Source of the DNA: a virus
Lineage: Duplodnaviria; Caudoviricetes
IMG/VR virus record: IMGVR_UViG_3300037400_002553
Location: 10,204-74,203 of that record
DNA: 64,000 nt
Strand: one strand, 5' to 3'
The stretch's first letter is position 1. Each line of letters begins with the position of its first letter. A model generated the notes under the pieces. That model was not told the origin of the DNA. It did no database searches and saw only the letters and a list, made by a program, of their open reading frames with translations. A program made the position numbers and the translations under genes. Shown in pieces: positions 38,059-49,500 of the stretch.

Positions 38059-41005
38059 CCCCCGTTAAGTCTATTACTGTTATGGAGCCACTTCCACTAC
38101 CTGAGATTTGTTTCCAATAATCTTTTTTATAGATATCTCTGTTATATTTTGGATTCGGGTAATATTCATATTTTAAATTATTGAATGTAATACCTTTAAC
38201 AATGCATCTTCTGCCATATTGTTCTGGATTTTCGCCATATTGTGTCCAAATTTTTATATAATCACAATCTCTACCTTGTAATGAAACCGTTTCTCTTAAT
38301 AGTGGGTTTTGAATGTAGGTACGTTGTAATTTATATATTGTATATTTTTCACCTTGTGGATAATTGTCTATATAATCAAACAATATGTTTTCACCATCGG
38401 TATGATTAACAGTCATTACAACGTTATTTATTTTTAATTTACCCCCCTGTCTTAATGAATTTATAAAATTTATGATATCTTCGCTTGATGGGCCTTTAAT
38501 ACCATATATTGGGTAGCCAGAACTAATCCCTTTACTATTTGCCAAAAAACTTGTTTCTACCCATTCCTCTGTATATTCATCACTATATTTTTTAAACCAC
38601 ACATTTTTTGTTTGTTGTGGAGTTAAAATTTGGCTTACTCCTGTTCCAGGTGTTTCGTGGTCAACAAATGTTACATATTCTCCTTCGACGACAGATATTT
38701 CTCTATCAAAACGCAAAAGCCAAGCACTGACATCATCACGATATGTATAGTTTATAATATTGTACGCTTCGCCATTATAATTTACATTTGTATAACCTTC
38801 ATCTAATATGCTAATAAACACATCTATTGGTGTACCATTCGTTGAACGGATATATGCTTCATATGGCTCCAATTCTCCATCTTTAAAAAGTTCCCATCCA
38901 CTACTTACGCATTCACTAGTCCCTATTTCAACATATATATTAGCATTATCTGTCGTATAATCTTTAATATCAGAATCTGGGCCATTCCATGATTGTAAAT
39001 TTACTTCTACTTCATTGAAAAGGAATCTTTTATTATCACCCTCATCTCTCATGGCGAGTAATACGCTACCGTAGTCATTACTACTACCAAGTTGCATACC
39101 TCTACCTTTTGTATTCTGTATCAATATGCTGCTACCACTAACATAATAATCCTCATAGGCTGCGCTTACAATATCTATTCTATCTTGGAATATAAAATTA
39201 CGTAATGAATTTCCACAATATCCCTGTGTTTTGTAATCACGTGAAAATTCTCTTAAATCAAGAGATAATCCAGAGTCATTATGTACTGCGGTATATAAAC
39301 TATTATTCCATCTCAATAGTTGTTTTAATCTATTTTCACAAGAATCAGTTTGTCCTTCTTCGATGATTGGCAAATCTTCATCATTAGGCCAGTCATATGT
39401 CTGTACGTCGCCAATACATGGTTTGTTAAATAAATCAGTATAACTACCAGTCCTTGCAACTTTTGGTAAAGCATTAATTTTGTCTTCTATATCTTGTATC
39501 TTAGCAATCTGAGACCAATAATATCTATCGCCTTCACCTTCACCTTTTTTAATTATTTTATGTAAATAACAACGTCTATTCGTATTGATATATACTTCAG
39601 AAGAAGCGGGAACATTTACAATAGTCCATTTCTTTTCTAATAAATTTATATTATCAAATACTTCAACCTCATATTCCTCAGTATCTCCAGCATCGCCATC
39701 ATTAACTTCTATCGTTGTATAATCCTGCTCTATAATCGCTTCTTGTGTTGAACTATTAAAACTGATATAAGGACTAAAATATAAATCAACATCTGTTTTG
39801 GTTGAAAGGAAAATAGAACCACTGTTATTCTTAGTGCCGACACGGATTGGTGTAATTGTAACTCTTTCTCCTAAGTCATTTATCCAATAACGGTTATCAG
39901 CGTAAATTTGTTCAATTCCATTAACACTATCAATCCAAACTTCACTTGGGTCAATATATCCACGCAACTCATCAGTATCATTAATTTGTCCACCTGTTTT
40001 AGGATGTACAATATCTATAACGAATCCACCCTCACCAGGATTATATTCTGCATCAGTAACGTAAATATTATTATTCTCAATCTCCCTATAGAATCTTTTT
40101 CTTGTGTCCTCCGTTGCTGGTGTTGTATCTTCTATCGGCAATTCTTCTTCAGAAACCTCTTCCCATACCAAGAAATCAGAGAATATACTGTTTTCATAAT
40201 CCTCTCGACTTGCACATGAAGCTAATTGGAGTGTTAATGATTTGAGAAGAAATGGGCTATTATCCTTAAGATAAAGATAATCCGCATAATTCATTTCTGT
40301 ATATGAACCATTCTCACCAAAGGTTTCAGTATGAGTTTGTACTTGAGGCGGATATTCTGTATCTGTTTCATCTGTAAAAGAATATACTCCGTCTAATAAG
40401 TCATCTGCACTAATCTGAATATCACCTTGATATGATTCTTCATCTTCCTCATTATAATTCGATTGATATTTTACTGTATATCCCCTTATATATAGTGTGT
40501 TCCAATAATTGAATTGTTCTTTATCGTTTCTTTGTTCGAATGCAAATTCAAAATCTTTATCCAACAATATAGAGTCTTTTTCTTTAGGTAAATCAAGACA
40601 AGTAAAATCCGTTCCCCCATCGTTATAAACCATCACAATATTCATTCCATTCTGATTAATGAAATCCATGAATATTTCCCTTGTGACATATCCATCTCCA
40701 TTAGTTGGAATCTTACTAAAATCCAACGTAAGCGTGTTTAATTTCTTTGCCCTATATAATTCCCCATCATATGCATAAATCTTTCCTAATTGCTCTTGAG
40801 ATGGGTACAACGGCAATTCAGATAGTTCTTCCACTACCTTCTCCGTATCTCTAATGGCCTTGGCATTTTCTTCCATATATTCATCCAGGCCATTAACATC
40901 ACTTGTTTCATGTCTGTGCCCTATTTGAGAAAAATATTCATTAATTTTATCCCATAGATATTGAACACCAATTTTATCTAAAAATCTTTTATTGTCGTTT
41001 GCCAT
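38051..41005 (-). CDS. Large tail-fibre-like protein
   Basis: N-terminal RFLDKIGVQYLWDKI and HRHETSDVNGL; internal LPKVARTGSYTDL fibre motif. Confidence 0.65.
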   Translation of the reverse strand: MANDNKRFLDKIGVQYLWDKINEYFSQIGHRHETSDVNGLDEYMEENAKAIRDTEKVVEELSELPLYPSQEQLGKIYAYDGELYRAKKLNTLTLDFSKIPTNGDGYVTREIFMDFINQNGMNIVMVYNDGGTDFTCLDLPKEKDSILLDKDFEFAFEQRNDKEQFNYWNTLYIRGYTVKYQSNYNEEDEESYQGDIQISADDLLDGVYSFTDETDTEYPPQVQTHTETFGENGSYTEMNYADYLYLKDNSPFLLKSLTLQLASCASREDYENSIFSDFLVWEEVSEEELPIEDTTPATEDTRKRFYREIENNNIYVTDAEYNPGEGGFVIDIVHPKTGGQINDTDELRGYIDPSEVWIDSVNGIEQIYADNRYWINDLGERVTITPIRVGTKNNSGSIFLSTKTDVDLYFSPYISFNSSTQEAIIEQDYTTIEVNDGDAGDTEEYEVEVFDNINLLEKKWTIVNVPASSEVYINTNRRCYLHKIIKKGEGEGDRYYWSQIAKIQDIEDKINALPKVARTGSYTDLFNKPCIGDVQTYDWPNDEDLPIIEEGQTDSCENRLKQLLRWNNSLYTAVHNDSGLSLDLREFSRDYKTQGYCGNSLRNFIFQDRIDIVSAAYEDYYVSGSSILIQNTKGRGMQLGSSNDYGSVLLAMRDEGDNKRFLFNEVEVNLQSWNGPDSDIKDYTTDNANIYVEIGTSECVSSGWELFKDGELEPYEAYIRSTNGTPIDVFISILDEGYTNVNYNGEAYNIINYTYRDDVSAWLLRFDREISVVEGEYVTFVDHETPGTGVSQILTPQQTKNVWFKKYSDEYTEEWVETSFLANSKGISSGYPIYGIKGPSSEDIINFINSLRQGGKLKINNVVMTVNHTDGENILFDYIDNYPQGEKYTIYKLQRTYIQNPLLRETVSLQGRDCDYIKIWTQYGENPEQYGRRCIVKGITFNNLKYEYYPNPKYNRDIYKKDYWKQISGSGSGSITVIDLTGDE

Positions 41006-41033
41006 TGTATTAGTCTATATATTTTCTTTTTAA

Positions 41034-41858
41034 TTAACAATCTATTAAATTTCCTGGGATACATTGAGGCACTAATATTTCATCTAATTCCTCCTCTGTT
41101 ATTACATCTATATCATCATTGGATACTAAAAATTTCCATTTATATTCGTCTGGTACTGATATTTCTGTTTTTTTGTATAATTGAATTAAATGTTGATTAC
41201 TCTTGAAATATCTAAACCTATTTCCACCACTGTTCTTTTGTAATTTAGGCCCTGCACTTGACGTTACAATTACATTTCCATTTTCATCAAAACTAATAGT
41301 ATTTACAAACGGTGCATCCGCATTTGTATTCATACCATTACTATTAGACGTTCTACCAATATATAGCCCGCTTTTTGATTGTATAGATACTCCGCCGTCA
41401 ATATCCGATATAATAAATGCCGAATCACTCGTTGTTCCATCAAATGGTATCTCATCATCTTCTATAGTTACGGAAATAACATTACCATCAACGTCTAATG
41501 TAGATAATGAACCATCAAAAGCAATACTACTTGCCTCACGCACAAATAAATATTCCCCACCACTCACATATTCATTAATATCAGTAACCTTTTTCCACAC
41601 ATAAGTACTTTCACCTGGAGTCTTGTCTACAACCATTACATTATCATTTTCATCCCTGAAAATAAAATTTCTATCTTCTTCTGTTGGATTAGATAGTGAC
41701 AAACCAGGGAAAATAGATTTCTCTATCTTCTTTGATAATTTATGTGTAGGATTCTCTAATGAACCACCACATGTTACATCATTTGTTGAATGAGATTGCT
41801 CCGATACAACCTTATCCTTTATATCTATACTACTATTTTCGTAATTACTATTTTTCAT
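41034..41858 (-). CDS. Tail-associated hypothetical protein with a Bacteroidota-type beta domain
   Basis: WKKVTD...SGGEYLFV...FRYFKS...IQLYKK; C-terminal ITEEELDEIL. Confidence 0.55.
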   Translation of the reverse strand: MKNSNYENSSIDIKDKVVSEQSHSTNDVTCGGSLENPTHKLSKKIEKSIFPGLSLSNPTEEDRNFIFRDENDNVMVVDKTPGESTYVWKKVTDINEYVSGGEYLFVREASSIAFDGSLSTLDVDGNVISVTIEDDEIPFDGTTSDSAFIISDIDGGVSIQSKSGLYIGRTSNSNGMNTNADAPFVNTISFDENGNVIVTSSAGPKLQKNSGGNRFRYFKSNQHLIQLYKKTEISVPDEYKWKFLVSNDDIDVITEEELDEILVPQCIPGNLIDC

Positions 41859-41908
41859 ATATCAATAAATACTTTTTAATGTAGGAATTAATATAATATC
41901 TGGCAGAA

Positions 41909-44900
41909 TTATTCTATCACGGCATCCTCTACTGTCCAGTTAGTTGGTATACCATTATTGCTCGTAGGCCAACTTGTTGCTTCAGGATGTTTAACAAATG
42001 TGCCACTATTTGTTTGAACACCATATACCCATTGATATGTACTGTCATTCTGGTTTATACCATTAACCGCCAGACATTTAATATAATTTAAACTTGTACA
42101 ACCATGGAACATACTTTTATAACAATAATTTGCTAATGTAGTTGCTGGTAACACAGGCGCTGTTGTTAAACTACTACAACCTTGGAACATACTATTATAA
42201 CAACCTTCTGCTAATGTAGTAGCAGGTAATATTGACGGTGCAGTTGTTAAACCAGTACAATCTTGGAACATATAACAATAACAATTACTTGCTAATGTAG
42301 TAGCAGGTAATTCTGGAGCAGTTGTTAAACCAATACAATTATAGAACATATAAAAATAACAACCTTCCGCTAATGTGGCGGCAGGTAACACAAAATCATC
42401 TACATTTACTATTGCATAACAATTTTGGAATAATCTATAAAATTCATAATAATTAACATATTCTAATTCTTCATTGTAGTCTTTAAGGTACATTATATTA
42501 CCCAATAAATCACATTGACCATTTACAATATTAAACCATGTATAACTACCTCCATCTCTACTAAATCCATTAGGATTATATCCTCTAAAATATACATAAT
42601 CACTATATCCTTCACTTAAAGAAATAGTTAAATTATTGTTATTCCAAATATTATACCAATTCAATCCATCATAACTATATTCAACATTGGCTGGATAACT
42701 TCCATTATAGCCCATTGAGATATTAGTAACATCATTAGAAATAGATTTAACCATTATTGCTTTTACTTCTCTATGGTGAGCATATAATGTCATATTCCCT
42801 ACAACGTAGTCCTCTTCGAAATTCCATTCATTTCCATCCTCATCTTCCCAGTATTCGAATTCATATAAATCTTTATGTACACTTCCTGGGTCTTCTATGT
42901 ATGCACCACAACGTACATATTGTACTGATGGTGTTGTTTCTCCACTTAAACTATCAAATGTAATGGTATATATACTATTACCGAAGATTAATTCTCTATA
43001 ATCATACCAATCTTCTGATTCACGATAATCTGTGATTAAATCATCTGGCACTATAATGAGAGAAAGATTATCACAACCTTGGAATGCATTTGTATTTTGC
43101 AAATTAATTTTATTTGGATTATTTGACAAATCAACCGTTTCGAGAGAAGTGCATAATGTAAAACAACTTTTTGGTATTAATGTTACGCTGCTTCCGATGG
43201 TTGCGTATGTTAAACTCTGACAAAAGCCAAATGCTGAATTACCAATATTTATAACACTATGCGGTATATTAATACTGATTAAGCCGCGGCATCCAAAAAA
43301 TGAACCATCCCCGATAGTTACTATTGTGTTTGGAATGGTAATAGCTGTTATTTTTTCAAGCGAAAAACATAAAGTATTTGGTATAGTTGTACAATGTTCA
43401 CCAAACTCAAATTCTGTTATTGTTTGATTATGGTTATTAAATTTAGTTTCATACCCACTTAACGATGTATCATTAACATCCCATACTACTCTTCGTAAAT
43501 TATTACAATTACTAAATGCATTATTAGATAATGTTCTAACATTTTGAGGAATAGTAACAGCCGATATACTTGAAACTGCAAATGCAAAATTATTAATATT
43601 AACCGTACTATCTGTCATAGTAATGTTGCTCAAATTTGTATTTCCGCCAAACAAATTAGTACTAATAGTTTCAATATTATTAGTATTAACGCTTCTCAAA
43701 TCACAATTTGCAAATGCGCCAACACCAGCAACAGTAACACTATCAGGAATAGTAATAGCAGTTAATGAAGAATCATTCATAAATGCTTGATTACCAATTG
43801 TAGTTACATTATTACCTAATGTTACATCACTCAAACTACTACAATCTTTGAATAGATAGTTAGAAATAATAGGTACATTAATATTAACCACTTGTAAAGC
43901 AATACAACTTCTAAATGTTGATTCTCCTATACTTTCTACTGTGTCAGGCACAACAACAGTACCATTCAACGCCGTACAACCACGGAACACATTATCACCA
44001 ATTGTTAATAAACCATCAGGTAATGTAATACTCGTCAATCTTGTACATTCATCGAATGCACCACTTGCAATATGTTTAATATTATCGGGTAATGTGGTAA
44101 CATTACAACCTTGAATAAGTGTTAATTGATTGTTAATAGCAGAACGTCTACCTCTTGTGGCAACTGGCTTCTCTATAATACAATTACATTCTACACCTTG
44201 GCTATTTCTACTTGTATATTTAGGGTTATTCTCATCTACTACTAGGCTTTGTAAACCATCACAACTTGCGATTGCATATGTTTCAATATCTGTTAAACCA
44301 CTTGGTATATATAGATTTTCTAAGTGAACACATCTGAATAATGTATATGCTGGCAAACTCGCAATATTTTCGAGGTTGATTTCTCTAATTCTACTGTAAT
44401 CCAAGAATACTCTATATGTTTCACCGTCACTTAACTTATTAATGCCAGTAAATTCAGGTAATTCAGTCCATGACTCTAATTCATAGAAACAGTTACCATA
44501 ATGCACTTCATTAACATAATGCGCATCATTAAGGAGATATTTTACACCATTTTTACCATAGCAGAAACACTCGCTTATGTTAAAATAATTACCATTTTTA
44601 TCCCAACACACGCCTTCATATAGATTATAACCCACCATAATGATGTTGTCTACACCATCCTCGTCATATATAATACTATCATAAACTGGAATAATATTTC
44701 CATTCTCATCCTCAATAACGGTTAATTTTTTTGACGCTTCTGCTACCATTTCGTCTGTAATGCTTTGTATTTCACTTAATGTTATATAATCAGGGCTACT
44801 ACTCCAACCATTTTCATAACAAATTTTTAATAATATCCTATTATCATCACTTGTCATAAACGGAGTAATATAATATACCGTTGATTCGGCTTCCACATTT

Positions 44901-45598
44901 CTCAATGTTGTTATATTCGTATCCCAATATCCTCCGTTAACAAACTCTGAATAATCTAATTCTGGGTATCTTAACAATGTATTTGTATCAGTTACCTTAA
45001 CATCGGTTATATGTGTAGATATTTCTTCACCCTCTCTCTTTTTTCTAAAATGTATGGTTATTTCTGGTTTTTCATTGATTTGATATTCAGGTTTCCATCC
45101 ATCCTTATTATTTGTTTCCCATTCGCCTTCATATACAAATCTCCAACTACCTTCATATGTTTTTCCAGTATCCTCACCAACATATTCGGATGCATCTACG
45201 ATAACGATATAATCACCTTGTCTTGGCATTCTGTTTCCTTCACCATCTTCTGGATATTCGTCGCTATCAGTTGGAACATCATTCCACGTATTCCAATTTC
45301 CCCTAAAAGCAGAACTTGTACTATGAATTAAATCAAGTACGTATTGTTTGTCGGCTAATTGATTTAGCGGAGTTGCAGCATCTGGAATGAGTGCTTCAAC
45401 ATTTTCATTTGTTTCACCATATAATCTAGTACCTAGATAAATTTCAAAATGCACTGGATTCTCACATCTTACAAACCATAAATAACCAAGTTTTTCAGAA
45501 TCTTGTAACTCTGAAAAAGCGGTTTTTGTCATTTGTTTTATACCTAAAAACGGTCTTTGTTCTACGGACATATTATAATCTATATATTTTATTATCAA
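41909..45598 (-). CDS. BspA-type LRR adhesin-like virion protein with a Listeria/Bacteroides repeat and C-terminal PATTLA repeats
   Basis: LRR_5-like units (ITLPDGLLTIGDNVFRGC), YTITFDSLSGE...FEYW repeat, and four PATTLA-type units. The start may be 45570 (MSVEQ). Confidence 0.8.
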   Translation of the reverse strand: MIIKYIDYNMSVEQRPFLGIKQMTKTAFSELQDSEKLGYLWFVRCENPVHFEIYLGTRLYGETNENVEALIPDAATPLNQLADKQYVLDLIHSTSSAFRGNWNTWNDVPTDSDEYPEDGEGNRMPRQGDYIVIVDASEYVGEDTGKTYEGSWRFVYEGEWETNNKDGWKPEYQINEKPEITIHFRKKREGEEISTHITDVKVTDTNTLLRYPELDYSEFVNGGYWDTNITTLRNVEAESTVYYITPFMTSDDNRILLKICYENGWSSSPDYITLSEIQSITDEMVAEASKKLTVIEDENGNIIPVYDSIIYDEDGVDNIIMVGYNLYEGVCWDKNGNYFNISECFCYGKNGVKYLLNDAHYVNEVHYGNCFYELESWTELPEFTGINKLSDGETYRVFLDYSRIREINLENIASLPAYTLFRCVHLENLYIPSGLTDIETYAIASCDGLQSLVVDENNPKYTSRNSQGVECNCIIEKPVATRGRRSAINNQLTLIQGCNVTTLPDNIKHIASGAFDECTRLTSITLPDGLLTIGDNVFRGCTALNGTVVVPDTVESIGESTFRSCIALQVVNINVPIISNYLFKDCSSLSDVTLGNNVTTIGNQAFMNDSSLTAITIPDSVTVAGVGAFANCDLRSVNTNNIETISTNLFGGNTNLSNITMTDSTVNINNFAFAVSSISAVTIPQNVRTLSNNAFSNCNNLRRVVWDVNDTSLSGYETKFNNHNQTITEFEFGEHCTTIPNTLCFSLEKITAITIPNTIVTIGDGSFFGCRGLISINIPHSVINIGNSAFGFCQSLTYATIGSSVTLIPKSCFTLCTSLETVDLSNNPNKINLQNTNAFQGCDNLSLIIVPDDLITDYRESEDWYDYRELIFGNSIYTITFDSLSGETTPSVQYVRCGAYIEDPGSVHKDLYEFEYWEDEDGNEWNFEEDYVVGNMTLYAHHREVKAIMVKSISNDVTNISMGYNGSYPANVEYSYDGLNWYNIWNNNNLTISLSEGYSDYVYFRGYNPNGFSRDGGSYTWFNIVNGQCDLLGNIMYLKDYNEELEYVNYYEFYRLFQNCYAIVNVDDFVLPAATLAEGCYFYMFYNCIGLTTAPELPATTLASNCYCYMFQDCTGLTTAPSILPATTLAEGCYNSMFQGCSSLTTAPVLPATTLANYCYKSMFHGCTSLNYIKCLAVNGINQNDSTYQWVYGVQTNSGTFVKHPEATSWPTSNNGIPTNWTVEDAVIE

Positions 45599-45601
45599 TT
45601 A

Positions 45602-46447
45602 TTACATTTTATAGAAGGTATCAGCAAATTTTAATATACCATTTAAATGAACTCTAACAATTGCATTTTTACCCTCATCACTAGTAATGAATCTTGCGTC
45701 ATCTATATTTGTGTAGAAGAAATTTTCAGTCAATACCGCTGGCATATTTGCCTTAACTAACACAGTAAAATCGGACTCCCAATCTCTATCTCCATCTTTT
45801 TTATCTGTTCTTATAGTTTTACCAAGAGGCTTTAATATCTCCTCGGCAGCATCATATAAGCAATCAGCCAATTTATCAGAATTGTTTTGGCCCTTCGTTG
45901 TGAAACAACTCCATCCGTTAGCCTTTGTCCATTTATCACCCATCCCATCAGCGTCAGAATGAATTGAAATATAAACTCCTTTCTTGCCGCTTTTCTTTAC
46001 ATAATCATTTGCCCTACCAGCCCTTTTTGATAGACCAAGGTCTGTGTCCTTATCCCTTTCTGCATCAGTAGTGATGAACACATCAATACCAAACTCTCTT
46101 AACATTGGCTTTAGTATATAAGCAATTTCTCTATTAAATTCCCACTCTTCAAATGGTATTTCTGGACTGGAAACTTTTTTAAGTGAATATGGTGATTTTT
46201 TTCCTGGTGTAGTAATCGCGTGCCCTGGATCAAGAACAACTACTAATCCGTTATACATTTTTCTGCTATCAGCAATTCCAATTGCTTCACCTTCATTAAT
46301 TTCATTCATAACATTTTCCTCCTTATTAATTATAATTTCATCAATAACCTCATCCGTAGATTTAACATCTACTATAATCGGCTCACTATTATTTGTTTTT
46401 ACAAATAATGATTTAATGAATTCTATTATTTTTCTTATAATACTCAT
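45602..46447 (-). CDS. N-acetylmuramoyl-L-alanine amidase (Amidase_3), probable endolysin
   Basis: VVLDPGH...EWEFN...LSKRAGRAN...ISIHSD...FTVL...MPAVLTENFF. Confidence 0.9.
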   Translation of the reverse strand: MSIIRKIIEFIKSLFVKTNNSEPIIVDVKSTDEVIDEIIINKEENVMNEINEGEAIGIADSRKMYNGLVVVLDPGHAITTPGKKSPYSLKKVSSPEIPFEEWEFNREIAYILKPMLREFGIDVFITTDAERDKDTDLGLSKRAGRANDYVKKSGKKGVYISIHSDADGMGDKWTKANGWSCFTTKGQNNSDKLADCLYDAAEEILKPLGKTIRTDKKDGDRDWESDFTVLVKANMPAVLTENFFYTNIDDARFITSDEGKNAIVRVHLNGILKFADTFYKM

Positions 46448-46500
46448 TTATGATAAATACTTTTTCCATGAATAAAACAAAATAATTTTGCCCTAAAATA

Positions 46501-46528
46501 TTGACACAATCAAATTTTTATGTATATT
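46501..46528 (+). promoter_or_regulatory. Sigma70-like promoter for the DNA polymerase gene
   Basis: TTGACA-N16-TATATT, about 65 nt before the ATG. Confidence 0.55.
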
Positions 46529-46591
46529 TAATTTGAAAATAAGTGGATGTATGTCTATTGCATACTAACACAAACGCTAATATTATAATTT

Positions 46592-49500
46592 ATGGACAAA
46601 CAAAAAAAGACTATTTCTATGGAAGAAGTGGGTAAATTTCTAGAAGGTAGAGACCCACAAGAACGTATAGTAAATCTGCTATACAGTTATCAAAACAATT
46701 ATGTTACCGTTGTGTACCGCAACGAAAATGATCAAAAGTGTACGAATGACGAACCATTCTTTCCTTTTGTATGGGCAACAAAGTATGCTTGCCTAAAGTT
46801 AGCACAAGTAGGTAAAGATAAACTCACGAAGATGATGCGTGAGTATGGCATCTGGGTAAAGAAACTTAGTAACACAGATGTTGACGGAAATGTAATCGAT
46901 TCATTTAATGATGGTTATATGTTCCAATTCTACTCAACAAGACCGATGTCTTATCAAAAGTTTCTAGAGTTCTTTAGGAATGCAGGAAACCCAGTATATG
47001 GGAAAGACAATGCACAGCAAAGCGCCACAGAAAGCCGCCAATATCTCGCAATTCCACCACAAGAGCAGTTCCTAATTCAAACAGGAAAGCGCTTTTTTAA
47101 GGGATACGATGATTATGATCAACTTCTCCGAATGATATTCGACTTGGAGACCGAAGGCCTTAATCCAAGAAAAGACCGTATCAAACTAAACGGTGTTAAG
47201 TTGAACCGACCAGTTACAGTTAATGGCGTGACATATAAAGATTGGGGTCGAATATTTGATCTAAAAGGAAAAACAAAAGAGGAAAAAGATAAGTCAGAGT
47301 TGGAAATCATTGAATTAATGCTCAAACTTATCTATACTTTTAAACCAGATGTTATTACAGCACACAACGGAGAGAACTTTGACTGGAACTTCCTTATTGT
47401 TCGATGTGAAGAACTTGGTACAAGTATGGAAGAGTTGTCAAAGAAATATTTTAATGGAGACTATATCAGAAAAGAGGAGAAGCCAAGTATTCTTAAACTT
47501 GGTGGAGAAATTGAAGAGTTCTATAGAACAATCGTTCCAAATACAACTGTTACAGACTCTCTACATGCAGTTCGTCGAGCACAAGCAACTGATAGTAATT
47601 TCTTAAAAGCAGACCTTAAGTATTCTTCTAAATATCTTGGTTTAAAGAAAGATAATCGTGTATATACGCCAGGTGCTGAAATTGATAAAATTTTGGTGGA
47701 CACAGAACATAAATATGCTTTCAACGATAAAGATGGAGATTGGTATGTATACGATCCAAATTCTGAAAACGGAAAAGATATTGAGTTCAAAAAGGGTAAA
47801 GATGGAGATAGACCATTTGTCAAATACACACGAAACTATCTCGCTGATGGCTACGAATTAGTAACTGGCCGTTACATTATTGAACGATACTTGTTGGATG
47901 ACCTATGGGAGTGTGACAGGGTTGAATATACACTGAACGGTACTGATTTCATGTTAACAAAAATGATTCCGCTTCCATTTAGTAAATGTTGTACTATGGG
48001 TACTGCAGGCCAATGGAAGGCTATCATGCTTGCATGGAGTTATGAAAACGGATTAGCAATACCTCTTGCAGAAAACACTGGCGCATTTACTGGAGGTTTG
48101 TCTCGACTCGTAAAGGTAGGTTATATTGATAATGTCGTAAAGTTAGACTTTAACTCTCTTTATCCATCCATTATTTTAACGTGGGCAATATCCGACGAAA
48201 ATGACCTAATGAAGGCCATGCTTTACATGCTCGAATACGTATTAACTACGCGCGAAAAATATAAAGGACTAAAGAAAAGTGCTGGAAAGGTTGTTGATAA
48301 GTTCAATGAGCGAAATAATAGTGGAGAAAAATTGACGGCAGAAGAAATTGCCGAATGGGAGCAAGCAAAGAATGAATATAAGTCCAATGATAATAGACAG
48401 ATGGTTGTTAAAAAGTTGGGTAACTCGTTCTTTGGTTCTTATGGCAGTAATAATGGTGCTGTATTCCCATGGAAATCAACAAAGTGTGCTGAGCAAACAA
48501 CTTGTACTGGTCGTCAATGCTTGCGACTTATGATTAGCCATTTCCATAATCTTGGATATCAGCCAATTGTAGGCGATACTGATGGTTTTAACTTTAAATT
48601 ACCAGATAGCAGCCAGTTTAGATATACAAAAGAACATCCATATATTGGACTTGGGCTAAACCGAGAGGTAAAGGAAGGCAAAGAATACATTGGATTTGAG
48701 GCTGATGTTGCGGAGTTCAATGATATGTATATGAAAGATTTCCATTATTCGCCTTATGCGGTAAATAAGATGGGTCTTGGAATTGATGAGGTAGTTACAT
48801 CAACCATTAACTTCTCGCGCAAGAACTATGCAGACTATTTCCCAGAGAATCCATATCCAGAGGATGTAAAACTCGTTGGAAATACCATTAAGTCAAAGAA
48901 AATGCCAGAATATATTGCAAAATTCCTCGCTATTGGTATTCGATTGTTACTACAGGGCAAAGGCCAAGCATTCCTTGATGAATATTATAATTATATTGGC
49001 AAAATTTACAACTATAAGATACCTTTGAGAGACATTGCTACAAAGGGTAAAATCAAAAAGAGTATTGAAGAGTATAAGAAAGATATTCAGGAAATTACAA
49101 AGGCTGGTAGACCAAAGTCTCGTCAAGCATGGTACGAATTGGCAATTAAATATAACCTTATTGTTGATAATGGAGATACCGTATATTATATCAATACTGG
49201 CAAGAGCAAATCACATTCTGATGTCAAAAAGGTAACGCATTATTACTATATCAACGAAAATAGCGATAGAGTTGAGTTTACAAAGGATATTGATAAGAAA
49301 TATAAGGCCCACAAACAGGAACTTGGAGATAAGTGCTTATCAAAGCAAGCATGGATTGAACAGGAATATCCAAATTACTTTACCGAGGACGAAATCATCT
49401 TTAATTGTGTTCCAGTTCCAAACGACGTGATTAATTCAGAAAGAGACGAGTTCTGCAGCGAAGACAACGGTATTGAATATAATGTGGCAAAGTACATTGA

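Noticed and set aside
22500-46500. Complete DGR or shufflon inside the window
   Set aside because: No reverse transcriptase (YxDD), non-coding template repeat or recombinase was found here; only possible targets are reported.
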